Source: an uncultured Candidatus Saccharibacteria bacterium (lineage in GTDB: Bacteria > Patescibacteriota > Minisyncoccia > Phycocordibacterales > PALSA-1337). From it: 64,000 nucleotides of DNA. A program made the translations under genes and the position numbers. Of this stretch, positions 38,130 to 46,957 are shown one piece after another; position 1 is the stretch's first letter, and each line of letters starts with the position of its first letter. The notes beneath the pieces are model-generated. The model saw only the letters and a list, made by a program, of their open reading frames with translations. It did no database searches and was not told the origin of the DNA. The DNA lies in contig CAZGUZ010000004.1 in assembly GCA_964529025.1 (NCBI GenBank), positions 4,805 through 68,804 on the forward strand, read 5' to 3'.

Positions 38130-38918
38130 ATGAACACAACACTTGTTGTTGTTTTAGTTGGAGCAGGGGCATGCCTCGCTACATTTTTAGGGGGATTTTT
38201 CGCGCTTAAGTTTAAAGATAGACTGCATTTAATGCTCGGTCTTTCTGCGGGACTTATGATTGCCGTAGCATTTTTTGATCTTATACCAGAATCAATTGAG
38301 CTTGCGGTGCATGGAGATGAGCTTGTGCATGTCATGCTTTGGGTAGCACTAGGCTTTGTGGGCTTTATGTTCATTGATCGTTTTGGTGGTCATTATCACT
38401 CTCATGCTGATGAGGGTTGCGCCCATGATCACGACAATCATGACCATAGCCATGATATGGCCCAAGCTCAAACTGTAGCACATCAAGGAAAGCTTGGTGC
38501 AAGTAGCTTGTCACTTCACAGTTTTCTTGATGGTTTTGTTATTGGTGTTGCTTTTCAGATTTCTGCAGAGCTTGGTGCTGTAGTTGCTTTGGCTGTTCTT
38601 GCTCACGGTTTTTCTGATGGAATTAGTACAGTTACACTCATTACTCGCCATGGTGGCGACAAAAAGAGTGCACTTAAATGGCTTTCTCTAGATGCCGCTG
38701 CTCCGGTTATTGGTATTATTGCAGGATCGCTCATTGGCGTGCCGTTTGCTTTTCTTTCGCCGCTCTTGGGTATTTTTGCAGGTTTCTTTATGTATATTGG
38801 AGCAAGTGATCTCTTGCCCGAAAGTCACCATGCTCATAAAACAGTGTGGACGACGGTGGCAACACTCGTGGGTATGGCAATTATTCTTGCTATAGTTCTT
38901 GTTGGGCACGGACATTAA
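38130..38918 (+). CDS. ZIP family metal (zinc) transporter
   Basis: His-rich loop HSHADEGCAHDHDNHDHSHD and HSFLDGFVIG motif; multi-TM. Confidence 0.75.
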   Translation: MNTTLVVVLVGAGACLATFLGGFFALKFKDRLHLMLGLSAGLMIAVAFFDLIPESIELAVHGDELVHVMLWVALGFVGFMFIDRFGGHYHSHADEGCAHDHDNHDHSHDMAQAQTVAHQGKLGASSLSLHSFLDGFVIGVAFQISAELGAVVALAVLAHGFSDGISTVTLITRHGGDKKSALKWLSLDAAAPVIGIIAGSLIGVPFAFLSPLLGIFAGFFMYIGASDLLPESHHAHKTVWTTVATLVGMAIILAIVLVGHGH

Positions 38919-38919
38919 T

Positions 38920-39720
38920 ATGATTGATGCAATCGTTCTTGGCTTAATACAAGGTCTTACTGAATTTATACCAGTATCTTCTTCGGGCCACATGGTTTTG
39001 TACCATGCACTCAGTTCGACAGTATTGTCGCCCGAAGCTGAGCTTGCATATGACGCAGTATTACAGCTGAGTACATTACTTGCAGTCTTTGTTTACTTTA
39101 GAAAAGACATTATTGAGCTCATACGAAAGTTTTTTGCAAAAGAATTTTTACCGATAATTCAAATTGCAATTGCTACGATACCCGCTGTAATCATTGGTAT
39201 CGTACTTAAGGATTATCTAACTATGCTGCGGGGGCCATATATTGTAGCTGCTGCACTAATTGTAGGTTCAGTAATTATGATATATGCAGAATACTTTTTG
39301 CAGAAAAAAGGTGCTGTGAGTTTGCATGACAATAAGCAAGGGCCTGTGCTTTCATTGCGCAAAGCTTTGTACATCGGTTTTTTTCAAGTATTAGCTTTGA
39401 TTCCGGGAATGTCACGCTCGGGCATGACGGTCTCGGGTGGAATTTTTAATGGTTTGAATCGCGAACAAGCAGCTCGTTTTTCTTTTTTAATTTCTATACC
39501 GATCATTGGGGGTTCAGGTGGCCTTAAGCTTATTGAGGCTTTTTCTTTAGAAGGGCTTAATTTTTTTGAACTTGGTGTATCGTCAGTGGTCTCATTTGGA
39601 GCAGGGTTAGGTGCAATATATATTTTTATGAAAATCGTTTCGAATAAAAACCTATGGCCATTTATTTGGTATCGCTTAGGTCTTGCTCTTGTGGTAATTC
39701 TTATTTCAATTATCAGCTAG
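38920..39720 (+). CDS. uppP: undecaprenyl-diphosphatase
   Basis: GLTEFIPVSSSGHM BacA motif; 8 TM. Confidence 0.8.
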   Translation: MIDAIVLGLIQGLTEFIPVSSSGHMVLYHALSSTVLSPEAELAYDAVLQLSTLLAVFVYFRKDIIELIRKFFAKEFLPIIQIAIATIPAVIIGIVLKDYLTMLRGPYIVAAALIVGSVIMIYAEYFLQKKGAVSLHDNKQGPVLSLRKALYIGFFQVLALIPGMSRSGMTVSGGIFNGLNREQAARFSFLISIPIIGGSGGLKLIEAFSLEGLNFFELGVSSVVSFGAGLGAIYIFMKIVSNKNLWPFIWYRLGLALVVILISIIS

Positions 39721-39740
39721 TTTAATATGCGGGCTATAGT

Positions 39741-39769
39741 TGCACAAGTGTAAGAATTAGTGTATAGTA
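39741..39769 (+). promoter_or_regulatory. sigma70-like promoter (ttgcac - 17 nt - tatagt)
   Basis: Read directly; precedes the candidate ncRNA. Confidence 0.4.
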
Positions 39770-39774
39770 TAAGT

Positions 39775-40062
39775 GTCGGTGAATGGTTCGCCAAACACTC
39801 ACACTGGATATGGGGTTCGGTATCGCTTATGGCGGTTTACGAATCTCACTCAAGGAACCTTGCATTCCAGTTGCATGTCCTTGAGATTCCTCGGGTTTTT
39901 GACCCACCGAGAAGCTTCGGCCCCGGCCAGCTTCTCCTCAGGATGTCCTGAGTACGTTCTTTCTGGGGTTGCTAACACACGTTATGCACCCCATCGGAAT
40001 AGCTTTCGAGCTCTTCCAACCCCCATTTTTTGAGGCTTCGCCATTCGGTGAAGCCTCTTTTC
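39775..40062 (+). ncRNA. candidate structured non-coding RNA (about 280 nt, unidentified) ending in an intrinsic terminator
   Basis: No ORF. Multiple hairpins (gagaagct...agcttctc; ctcagga...cctgag; ggg-ttttt-gaccc) and a terminal gaggcttcgccattcggtgaagcctc stem plus T-run at 40029-40062. Confidence 0.35.
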
Positions 40063-40327
40063 GTTATTGTGTAGGAAGGGGTTGTCGTGAAGGTAATGAT
40101 ACAAAGATTTGACTAATTAAATATATCGTGTAATATTGTTTTTATGACAAAATCACACATTACTTTGTATACAAAGGCACATCCTTCTGTTCGGGAAGGC
40201 CTTTTCTATATACCGTGTGACGCTCTGACTACTTGTAGTGCCTAGACTCGAGTAATTTAAGCGCCACACGTGTGGCGCTGTTCTTTTAATTGTTCTTTTC
40301 AACACAAACTCGTAGGCGAAAGGCTCT

Positions 40328-42121
40328 ATGTCAGAAGCAAAAATATGTACTGATACAGCAGAACCGCTGTTCACTCGAAACCCTGTTGGCTACCTTTTTG
40401 CAGCAATGTGGAGGTATTCAAGAGGGAATCGGTTGGTTGTTGCGGCGTTCTGGCTCATGTTTGCAGTTGGTGGCATCATTGCAATCGCTCTTGAACCTTA
40501 CTTTATTGCGCAGATCCTTGATCATGTGCAAAAGAAGGGTGTGAGCGAATCGGATATTCCGTTCATTACAAAGAATCTGTTCGGAATCGTAGCAGTCGCT
40601 ATAGGTTTTTGGTGTTTTCATGGCCCAGCTCGGGTTATGGAAATTGCCAATGCTTTTTTGGTGCGTCGAAACCATCGAGAATTCTTTGTGGGCGGTGTCC
40701 TAAGTATGCCGATGAAATGGCACAATGAGAATCACTCAGGTGAAATCATTGATCGCATGGAGAAGGGTTCTGCTTCACTCCATGGTTTTGCAGGCGACAC
40801 ATTCGACGTATTGTATGTCGTTGCCCGACTCATTGTTACCTATGTAGTACTTATCCATTACAATTTTGTTGCGGGTTGTATTGCAACGGTGTTCTTGGGT
40901 ATATCTATTTGGGTTACGGTTAGATTCGATCGGATACTTAAGGATCGATATGTGCAAATGTCGAAGGCTGAAAATAAAACAGCTCGCGACGTTCATGATA
41001 CGGTAACGAATGTTGCAACAGTCATTACGCACAGAGTCCAACATCGAGTATTCGATAGGATTATGTGTGGAATGGATGAACAAGCGAGCATTACAAAGAC
41101 TACCGCAAAACTCGATGAAACCAAGTGGTTCATTACTTCGGTACTGTGCGCATGTATGCTCGTTGCAATCCTCTGTTTTTACTTTTGGAATGCAATTGAG
41201 CGCAAAGAGGTAATTGCCTTTGGCAGTCTGTTCTCCCTCTATACGTATACAAACGGTTTGTCGCAAGTATTTTACCGGTTCTCGGGGTCATACTCGAGAA
41301 TTGTTCGATACAGGACACGCGCGAAAAACGCAGAAGAGGTGGCCAAGGAATTCCCCACTCATATTGCAGAATCTGAGCGGCTTCCTGAGTCATGGGCGAC
41401 TATTCGTATTTCAGGGCTTAGTTTTGGTTATAGCACTGATTGCCCTGAAGTAGTTCGAAACATCAATGCCGAGTTTCGGCGGGGCGAAAAAGTCGCCCTT
41501 GTTGGAGCAAGTGGAACTGGTAAAAGTACAATACTTTCGCTTTTGCGAGGTTTGTACGACCCCACGTACGGTGTAGTCTTTGTTGATGGTGTGTTTTGGC
41601 CGAGTGGTCTTAAGGGTTTTGGGGAGTCTGTAGGCTTTATGCGCCAGACGTCTCAGATCCTTGACGGCACTATTAGGTATAACCTCACTCTTGATGCTGA
41701 ATACACTGAAGAGCAAATCAACGAGGCAATTGCCATGGCCCGCTTTGATACCGTGGTTCAAAGACTACCAAAAGGACTTGAGTCTAGAGTCTTTGAGCAA
41801 GGTGTTAACTTGAGCGGTGGCGAGTGCCAGCGGCTCGCACTTGCACGGAGTATCCTTGCCTCATTCGGGAGGGAAATAATCCTCCTTGATGAACCAACGA
41901 GCAGTCTTGATCCGGTAACAGAAAAGTTTGTGCTTGATGGAATCATGCAAAGATTCCGTAAAGAGCTCATCATCTGTTCAACACACAGGTTCGACATACT
42001 GCCTCAGTTCGACAGGATCATCGTCATGAAAAACGGTGAGATTGTGGACTGTGGTACCTATGATGAACTTATGGAGCGCTGTTCTGAGTTTGTCAGACTC
42101 AAGAGCGCTAAGGTCGAGTAG
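40328..42121 (+). CDS. ABC transporter, fused permease/ATP-binding (exporter type)
   Basis: 6-TM N-terminal half; Walker A GASGTGKST, signature LSGGECQRLALARS, Walker B ILLDEPTSSLD. Confidence 0.8.
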   Translation: MSEAKICTDTAEPLFTRNPVGYLFAAMWRYSRGNRLVVAAFWLMFAVGGIIAIALEPYFIAQILDHVQKKGVSESDIPFITKNLFGIVAVAIGFWCFHGPARVMEIANAFLVRRNHREFFVGGVLSMPMKWHNENHSGEIIDRMEKGSASLHGFAGDTFDVLYVVARLIVTYVVLIHYNFVAGCIATVFLGISIWVTVRFDRILKDRYVQMSKAENKTARDVHDTVTNVATVITHRVQHRVFDRIMCGMDEQASITKTTAKLDETKWFITSVLCACMLVAILCFYFWNAIERKEVIAFGSLFSLYTYTNGLSQVFYRFSGSYSRIVRYRTRAKNAEEVAKEFPTHIAESERLPESWATIRISGLSFGYSTDCPEVVRNINAEFRRGEKVALVGASGTGKSTILSLLRGLYDPTYGVVFVDGVFWPSGLKGFGESVGFMRQTSQILDGTIRYNLTLDAEYTEEQINEAIAMARFDTVVQRLPKGLESRVFEQGVNLSGGECQRLALARSILASFGREIILLDEPTSSLDPVTEKFVLDGIMQRFRKELIICSTHRFDILPQFDRIIVMKNGEIVDCGTYDELMERCSEFVRLKSAKVE

Positions 42122-42222
42122 GGTGCAGGAATTGCACTCGGTGATCGACACAAAAAACCACTCTCGCGAGTGGTTTTCTTTTGGCCGAAGAGATATGACT
42201 GGCAACTCGATTGCAAATAGTA

Positions 42223-42798
42223 TTAAAACGGTAGTGTAAAATTCATTGCTGTTTCTTGGGCCTTTTCCCAGTTTTGTGTATTGAGCTTAATGTCGCGAAC
42301 AATTCCAAGGTCGGGGTACAAAAGTTTGCCATTCTTAAGGGCATACTCGTACACTTCTTTAGTAATCTTCACATCTTCAAGACAGTATTTAATGATTTTG
42401 TCGATTTCACCGTTCTTCCACCACGTAATTGCTTCAAGGCCGTGTGCAATTTTATTTTTTCCAAGAGTTGCTTCGGCAATACTGTCGAGCTTAATTCTGC
42501 GACCAAGAGAGTTGCGGATCTCTACAAGCAGATCAAGACTTTTAATTTTTGTTAAATCACCGGCATAGTACTTGTTGAGCAAAGGAATATCAAAGTGATC
42601 ACCGTTAAAAGTGATGAGCATATCTGCAGTTTCGAGGAGTTTCCAAAGCTTAGAAAAATCTTCTTGAAGAAAGCTTGAATATGTATCAGTAGAATAGTCA
42701 TAGGTGCAAACGACCGATATATCAAGATCCTTGGGATCATTCGAACCGGCTTCTTGGAAAGTGTTTCGTGTTTCAATGTCAAAGACAATTTTACGCAT
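42223..42798 (-). CDS. RNase H-like (DEDD-type) 3'-5' exonuclease domain protein, predicted
   Basis: N-terminal MRKIVFDIETRNTF (Exo I-like DxE motif) and later FNGDHFDIPLL, YCLEDVKIT motifs. Confidence 0.4.
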   Translation of the reverse strand: MRKIVFDIETRNTFQEAGSNDPKDLDISVVCTYDYSTDTYSSFLQEDFSKLWKLLETADMLITFNGDHFDIPLLNKYYAGDLTKIKSLDLLVEIRNSLGRRIKLDSIAEATLGKNKIAHGLEAITWWKNGEIDKIIKYCLEDVKITKEVYEYALKNGKLLYPDLGIVRDIKLNTQNWEKAQETAMNFTLPF

Positions 42799-42821
42799 GG
42801 TTGTAGGTGCCGTTCTGCTGG

Positions 42822-44105
42822 CTATTTAAGCTGATAGTCTTTAGAAATTGTGCGAGTTTCGCCAGTTTCAAGATTCTTAATGTCAAAGCTACCACTATTC
42901 ATTTCGGTTTCGCCAAGAACAATAACGTAGGTTGAGCCGTGACGTTCTGCACTTTTAAATTGATCGCCAATTTTTTTAAGAGAATAATCAATAGCAACGC
43001 GTACTCCTTGTGATCTAAAGTTTTGAGCAATATCGTGCGCATAGCCAAAGATATTTTCGGCAAGAACGCATAGGGTGAGTGTTGGACCCGTAGTAATTGG
43101 TGGAAGCAGGTTATAAGTTTCGAGCACATCACGCATAGTAACGTCGCCCATACCAAAACCAACAGCAGAGATTGAATCGCCACCAAACATACCAACAAGA
43201 TTGTCATAGCGGCCGCCACCAAAAAGTGATCGGCGATTATCAGGATTCTTGTCGAAGATTTCAAAAACAATTCCCGTATAGTAGTCAAAACCACGCATAA
43301 GGGTTTGGCTAAAAACTACATTTGTAATACCAAGAGAATCGAGCCCAGAAATAACTTGGCGAATTTCATTAAGTGCAAGGTCACGCTCGGCAGACGGCGC
43401 TAAGTGACTTGTAAATTCTTCAAAGTTATTTGAATTGATAAGGGCAAAGAAGGTAAGGTTATGTTCGCCCATAATATCAATAGCGGCTTTCTCAAAATCC
43501 TCGGCACTAATTTTTGCTTTCTTATCAATGAGTTTTGAAAGAGCGTGCTCTTGTGTGTCAGAAAGCTTAAGAACCGACTTCATGATATAGGTCATGAGCT
43601 TTCGGTTATTGAGTCGAATTTCATAGTCAGTTGGCTTAAGGCCAAAAGCTGTCATGATTTGAGATGCACAAGCAATAACTTCGACTTCGGCTTGAATACT
43701 TGAAACACCAAAAATGTCGACATTGAGCTGCCAGTGTTCACGAAGGCGACCACGCTGTGGTTTTTCGTAGCGGAAAAGGTTTGGAATAGAGAACCAACGA
43801 ATTGGTGTTGGTAAGTTGCGGCGCTCATGTGCAACCATGCGAGCTACGGTTGGAGTCATTTCGGGACGTAGAGTAACTTCGCGATCGCCGCGATCAGTAA
43901 AGGTATAGGTTTGCTCATTAACAATTTCTTCGCCAGATTTTGCTCGGTAGAGCTCGGCTGGCTCGAGTACCGAAGCCGAATATTCTTCATAGCCAAAAGA
44001 ACTCACTACATTCTTCCATGTTGAAAATATATAATTTTGTATTGCCATGTCGCGGGGATAAAAATCCCGAACGCCCTTGTATGGCAGTGTTTCTAGGGTA
44101 GACAT
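42822..44105 (-). CDS. hisS: histidyl-tRNA synthetase
   Basis: GVRDFYP motif, GGGRYDNL motif 3, anticodon-binding C-terminus. Confidence 0.9.
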   Translation of the reverse strand: MSTLETLPYKGVRDFYPRDMAIQNYIFSTWKNVVSSFGYEEYSASVLEPAELYRAKSGEEIVNEQTYTFTDRGDREVTLRPEMTPTVARMVAHERRNLPTPIRWFSIPNLFRYEKPQRGRLREHWQLNVDIFGVSSIQAEVEVIACASQIMTAFGLKPTDYEIRLNNRKLMTYIMKSVLKLSDTQEHALSKLIDKKAKISAEDFEKAAIDIMGEHNLTFFALINSNNFEEFTSHLAPSAERDLALNEIRQVISGLDSLGITNVVFSQTLMRGFDYYTGIVFEIFDKNPDNRRSLFGGGRYDNLVGMFGGDSISAVGFGMGDVTMRDVLETYNLLPPITTGPTLTLCVLAENIFGYAHDIAQNFRSQGVRVAIDYSLKKIGDQFKSAERHGSTYVIVLGETEMNSGSFDIKNLETGETRTISKDYQLK

Positions 44106-44150
44106 GCTGTTAGTCTAGCATATTTTTATGCATTGTGGCAGAGTGTTTAT

Positions 44151-44978
44151 ATGAACGATACTCAGGAACAACTAGTGCAGCCTCGGGCTGTTGTAATTCA
44201 TAAGAAATGGGGAGAAACTCCGCTTATGTGTCTTGAAGTTGTGCGCTCACTCTATAAAATTCCTAAAACTACTCCTATGACATATGCGGGTAGACTTGAT
44301 CCTTTGGCTACAGGTGCTCTCATTATCCTTATTGGCGAAGAATGTTTGCAAAAAGATGCATACTTAGGTTTTGATAAAGAGTATCAAGCGCAATTTGCTT
44401 GTGGTATTTCTACTGATACCGGTGATATTTTTGGTTTAATTACAAAATTTAGTTCAGAAGTTGTGGGCGGCAAAGACTTTGCGCTATCAGATGCTCATCT
44501 ATTACAGGCAGAGCAAATCTGTCGTGCTACTACAGAGCAACAATACCCACTTTTTTCTTCTAAGAAAGTTCTGGGCAAACAATTATTTGAGTACGGCCTT
44601 GAGGGTAATACTACAATTGATCGCCCATATAGAGCAGTTACTATACACTCATGCAACCTTGCTTTGGGTAAGCAAATTACCGTGCACGATGTTTATGATC
44701 AGGTGTGTAAGGCGGCACAAGAGCTCGGCAATGGATTTAGAGCAGACCAGATAGTGACAGATTGGGGCGCATTAGTTAGGGATGGAGTTATTGGCGGTGC
44801 TACATTGCCTACGATAACAATGAGCTGCAAGGTTTCTTCGGGCACATATATACGAGGTTTTTCGGATACATTTGCTCAAGAATTTAAGCAGCCTTGGCTC
44901 ATGACTTCACTCCATCGCAAGCGTATTGGCGAATATGAATGCCCGCAAGCACCACACGACACTTTTGTGATACGATAG
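44151..44978 (+). CDS. truB: tRNA pseudouridine(55) synthase
   Basis: GRLDPLATGALIIL catalytic-Asp motif. Confidence 0.7.
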   Translation: MNDTQEQLVQPRAVVIHKKWGETPLMCLEVVRSLYKIPKTTPMTYAGRLDPLATGALIILIGEECLQKDAYLGFDKEYQAQFACGISTDTGDIFGLITKFSSEVVGGKDFALSDAHLLQAEQICRATTEQQYPLFSSKKVLGKQLFEYGLEGNTTIDRPYRAVTIHSCNLALGKQITVHDVYDQVCKAAQELGNGFRADQIVTDWGALVRDGVIGGATLPTITMSCKVSSGTYIRGFSDTFAQEFKQPWLMTSLHRKRIGEYECPQAPHDTFVIR

Positions 44979-44982
44979 AGGT

Positions 44983-45972
44983 ATGATTACCCAGAAAATC
45001 TTTGTAAAAGAAGGACCACTCGTCTTTTTGCGCGACGTACTTGGTTTTGAAGTACTTACAGGACTTTTCTTCTTTGCAATTTCTTTTCTCGAGAACTATG
45101 AATTATTCTTACGCAACATTGGCGTACTTGAGTACATTCGCTACGACCTCCTTATTATGGTTGTATTTTCTTTGCTCCAAATTGCAATTATTACTTTATT
45201 ATTTTTGCGATGGTATTTTAGTTTTTATGAAATTCGAGAAAATGAAATCATACGCCGATCCGGCATTATATTGCGCAAACACGTCTCAGTTTCAATGAAC
45301 CATATTGCTACGGTTGAATTCTCGCAAGGAATTGTTGAGCGTTTTATGAATCACGGAACAATTGTTCTTGAGCATACGAATAACCGAATTACTCGACTCC
45401 GCAATGTCGAAAATTATGAAGAGTCGCTCTTGTACATTAAAGAACGTCTACTTAAATTGCGCGATGCTCAAGGCATTCATCAAAAAAAGGTTATTCCGCA
45501 GCTTATTACCCAAGGGGAATCATCAAAAGTAGAATTCAAAGAAACTCTACGCGTTGATATACGCAACGGTGGCTTGCATAAAGATGTAGAGAGGGCAGTA
45601 GTTAAAACTATCGTTGGTTTTTTGAATGCGCACGGCGGTACGCTTGTTATTGGAGTAAGTGATAGCGGTGAGATTAAAGGTCTTGATAAAGACTATGCTT
45701 CATTACCAAGAAAGAATCGCGATGGTTTTGAAAATCATATTGCTACCCTAGTAAAAAATCATATTGGAATTAAGTTTCGACCGTATCTCGATATTTCTTT
45801 CGAAAGTATTCAAGAAAAAGATGTATGCGTAATCGACATTGAGGCTTCGCCAAAGCCTGCCTATCTAAAGGGTGGGGAAGGTAAAGAAGAATTCTTTGTG
45901 CGCACAGGAAACTCTACCCAACCTTTCTCTATGAGTGAGGCTGAGGAGTATATTAAGAATCATTGGAAATAA
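44983..45972 (+). CDS. membrane bPH_2 (YdbS/YdbT-like) domain fused to Schlafen/AlbA_2 putative DNA-binding domain
   Basis: Two TM helices plus a bacterial PH-like segment (ENEIIRRSGIILRKHVSVSMNHIATVEF...HGTIVLEH). C-terminal KVEFKETLR...VVKTIVGFLNAHGGTLVIGVSDSGEIKGL matches the AlbA_2/AAA-4 core. Confidence 0.5.
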   Translation: MITQKIFVKEGPLVFLRDVLGFEVLTGLFFFAISFLENYELFLRNIGVLEYIRYDLLIMVVFSLLQIAIITLLFLRWYFSFYEIRENEIIRRSGIILRKHVSVSMNHIATVEFSQGIVERFMNHGTIVLEHTNNRITRLRNVENYEESLLYIKERLLKLRDAQGIHQKKVIPQLITQGESSKVEFKETLRVDIRNGGLHKDVERAVVKTIVGFLNAHGGTLVIGVSDSGEIKGLDKDYASLPRKNRDGFENHIATLVKNHIGIKFRPYLDISFESIQEKDVCVIDIEASPKPAYLKGGEGKEEFFVRTGNSTQPFSMSEAEEYIKNHWK

Positions 45973-45973
45973 A

Positions 45974-46005
45974 AGGCGCGCGCAACGAAAGTTGCGCGCG
46001 TTTGA
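45974..46005. terminator. bidirectional terminator ggcgcgcgcaacgaaagttgcgcgcg
   Basis: Perfect 9-bp stem between convergent genes. Confidence 0.55.
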
Positions 46006-46016
46006 TTAAATGGTGG

Positions 46017-46907
46017 TTACTCCATGATGCTTCTTGCAGCATCAAGGATTTCCTTGAGGTAGTTCTCAGCTGACCACCCGTTGCCGAGAAGGCCAAAGAC
46101 TGGCTTTTTGAATGCGTACCTCGGCTGTACCTCAGGCGTGACACGGCCAGTCCAGCCAACTTGTTTGGCAAAATCGCCGAAACTCTTGAGGGGAAGCTTG
46201 CCGCGGCCGGGTATAGGATTTCGGCCTTTTGTGTCACCAAGATCAGGTAATGCATCGCAAAGGTGAATCTCTTGAGTGCACCTAAGCAAAGTGCGGGCTC
46301 CTTCAAGAAGCATGCGCTCAAGATCACTGTTGGTGTACCTAGCAAGTCTCGAGACTCCGATTCCGCCAGTACACCATTCAAGGTAGTGCATTGTGTCGAA
46401 CACAACGCAACGGGTGACGGGCGAGCAAGTTGTTGCAATACGGACAAAGTCCGCAATGCTAATCTGCTTGTCTACCACCTGGCACGTTTGAAACAGAAGT
46501 CCGTCCCTAGCGCGATGAACTTCATTCTGGATTCTGTGGGCATAGCCCACGAAAAACCCTTGTGTTTCGTTAAGTCGAATCTGCGACTCAATCGGCTCTG
46601 TTTTCCGAGGGATTTTGCCGAGTGCAGCAGCCACGTAGTTAAACTTGTGGTTACTCCCATTCTCCAACGACCAGACTTCATGAAACCTCACCTCGAAGGG
46701 CCTGCTGTGGCGACTTGTGGTCGCTTCAGCAAGCTCTTTGATTTTGGTAAAGTCTGTTCCGGGGAATGTGACAATCTCAATACCATCGAAGCCAACACTC
46801 GCAGCCATTTCCATCTGTTCCCCAAGAGGAATGCTTGGAAATGCTGTAAGCGCTGCCGACGGCATGATGTACGTATGTCGATGTTTCATCTGACTACTTT
46901 TTAACAC
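46017..46907 (-). CDS. sugar phosphate isomerase/epimerase-like TIM-barrel protein (moderately GC-rich)
   Basis: Xylose-isomerase-like TIM-barrel pattern (VGFDGIEIV...); GC visibly above genome background. Confidence 0.45.
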   Translation of the reverse strand: MLKSSQMKHRHTYIMPSAALTAFPSIPLGEQMEMAASVGFDGIEIVTFPGTDFTKIKELAEATTSRHSRPFEVRFHEVWSLENGSNHKFNYVAAALGKIPRKTEPIESQIRLNETQGFFVGYAHRIQNEVHRARDGLLFQTCQVVDKQISIADFVRIATTCSPVTRCVVFDTMHYLEWCTGGIGVSRLARYTNSDLERMLLEGARTLLRCTQEIHLCDALPDLGDTKGRNPIPGRGKLPLKSFGDFAKQVGWTGRVTPEVQPRYAFKKPVFGLLGNGWSAENYLKEILDAARSIME

Positions 46908-46957
46908 AAAAAAACGCTTTTGTACAGCGTTTCTTGCTTCCTGCTATCAGATTAGAA

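Noticed and set aside
39775-40062. RNase P RNA, tmRNA or SRP RNA identity for the structured intergenic transcript
   Set aside because: No P4 helix consensus (AGGAAAGUCCGGGCUCC / ACAGAAACCCGGCUUA), no tRNA-like 3' end, and no SRP domain IV motif. It is left as an unassigned candidate ncRNA.
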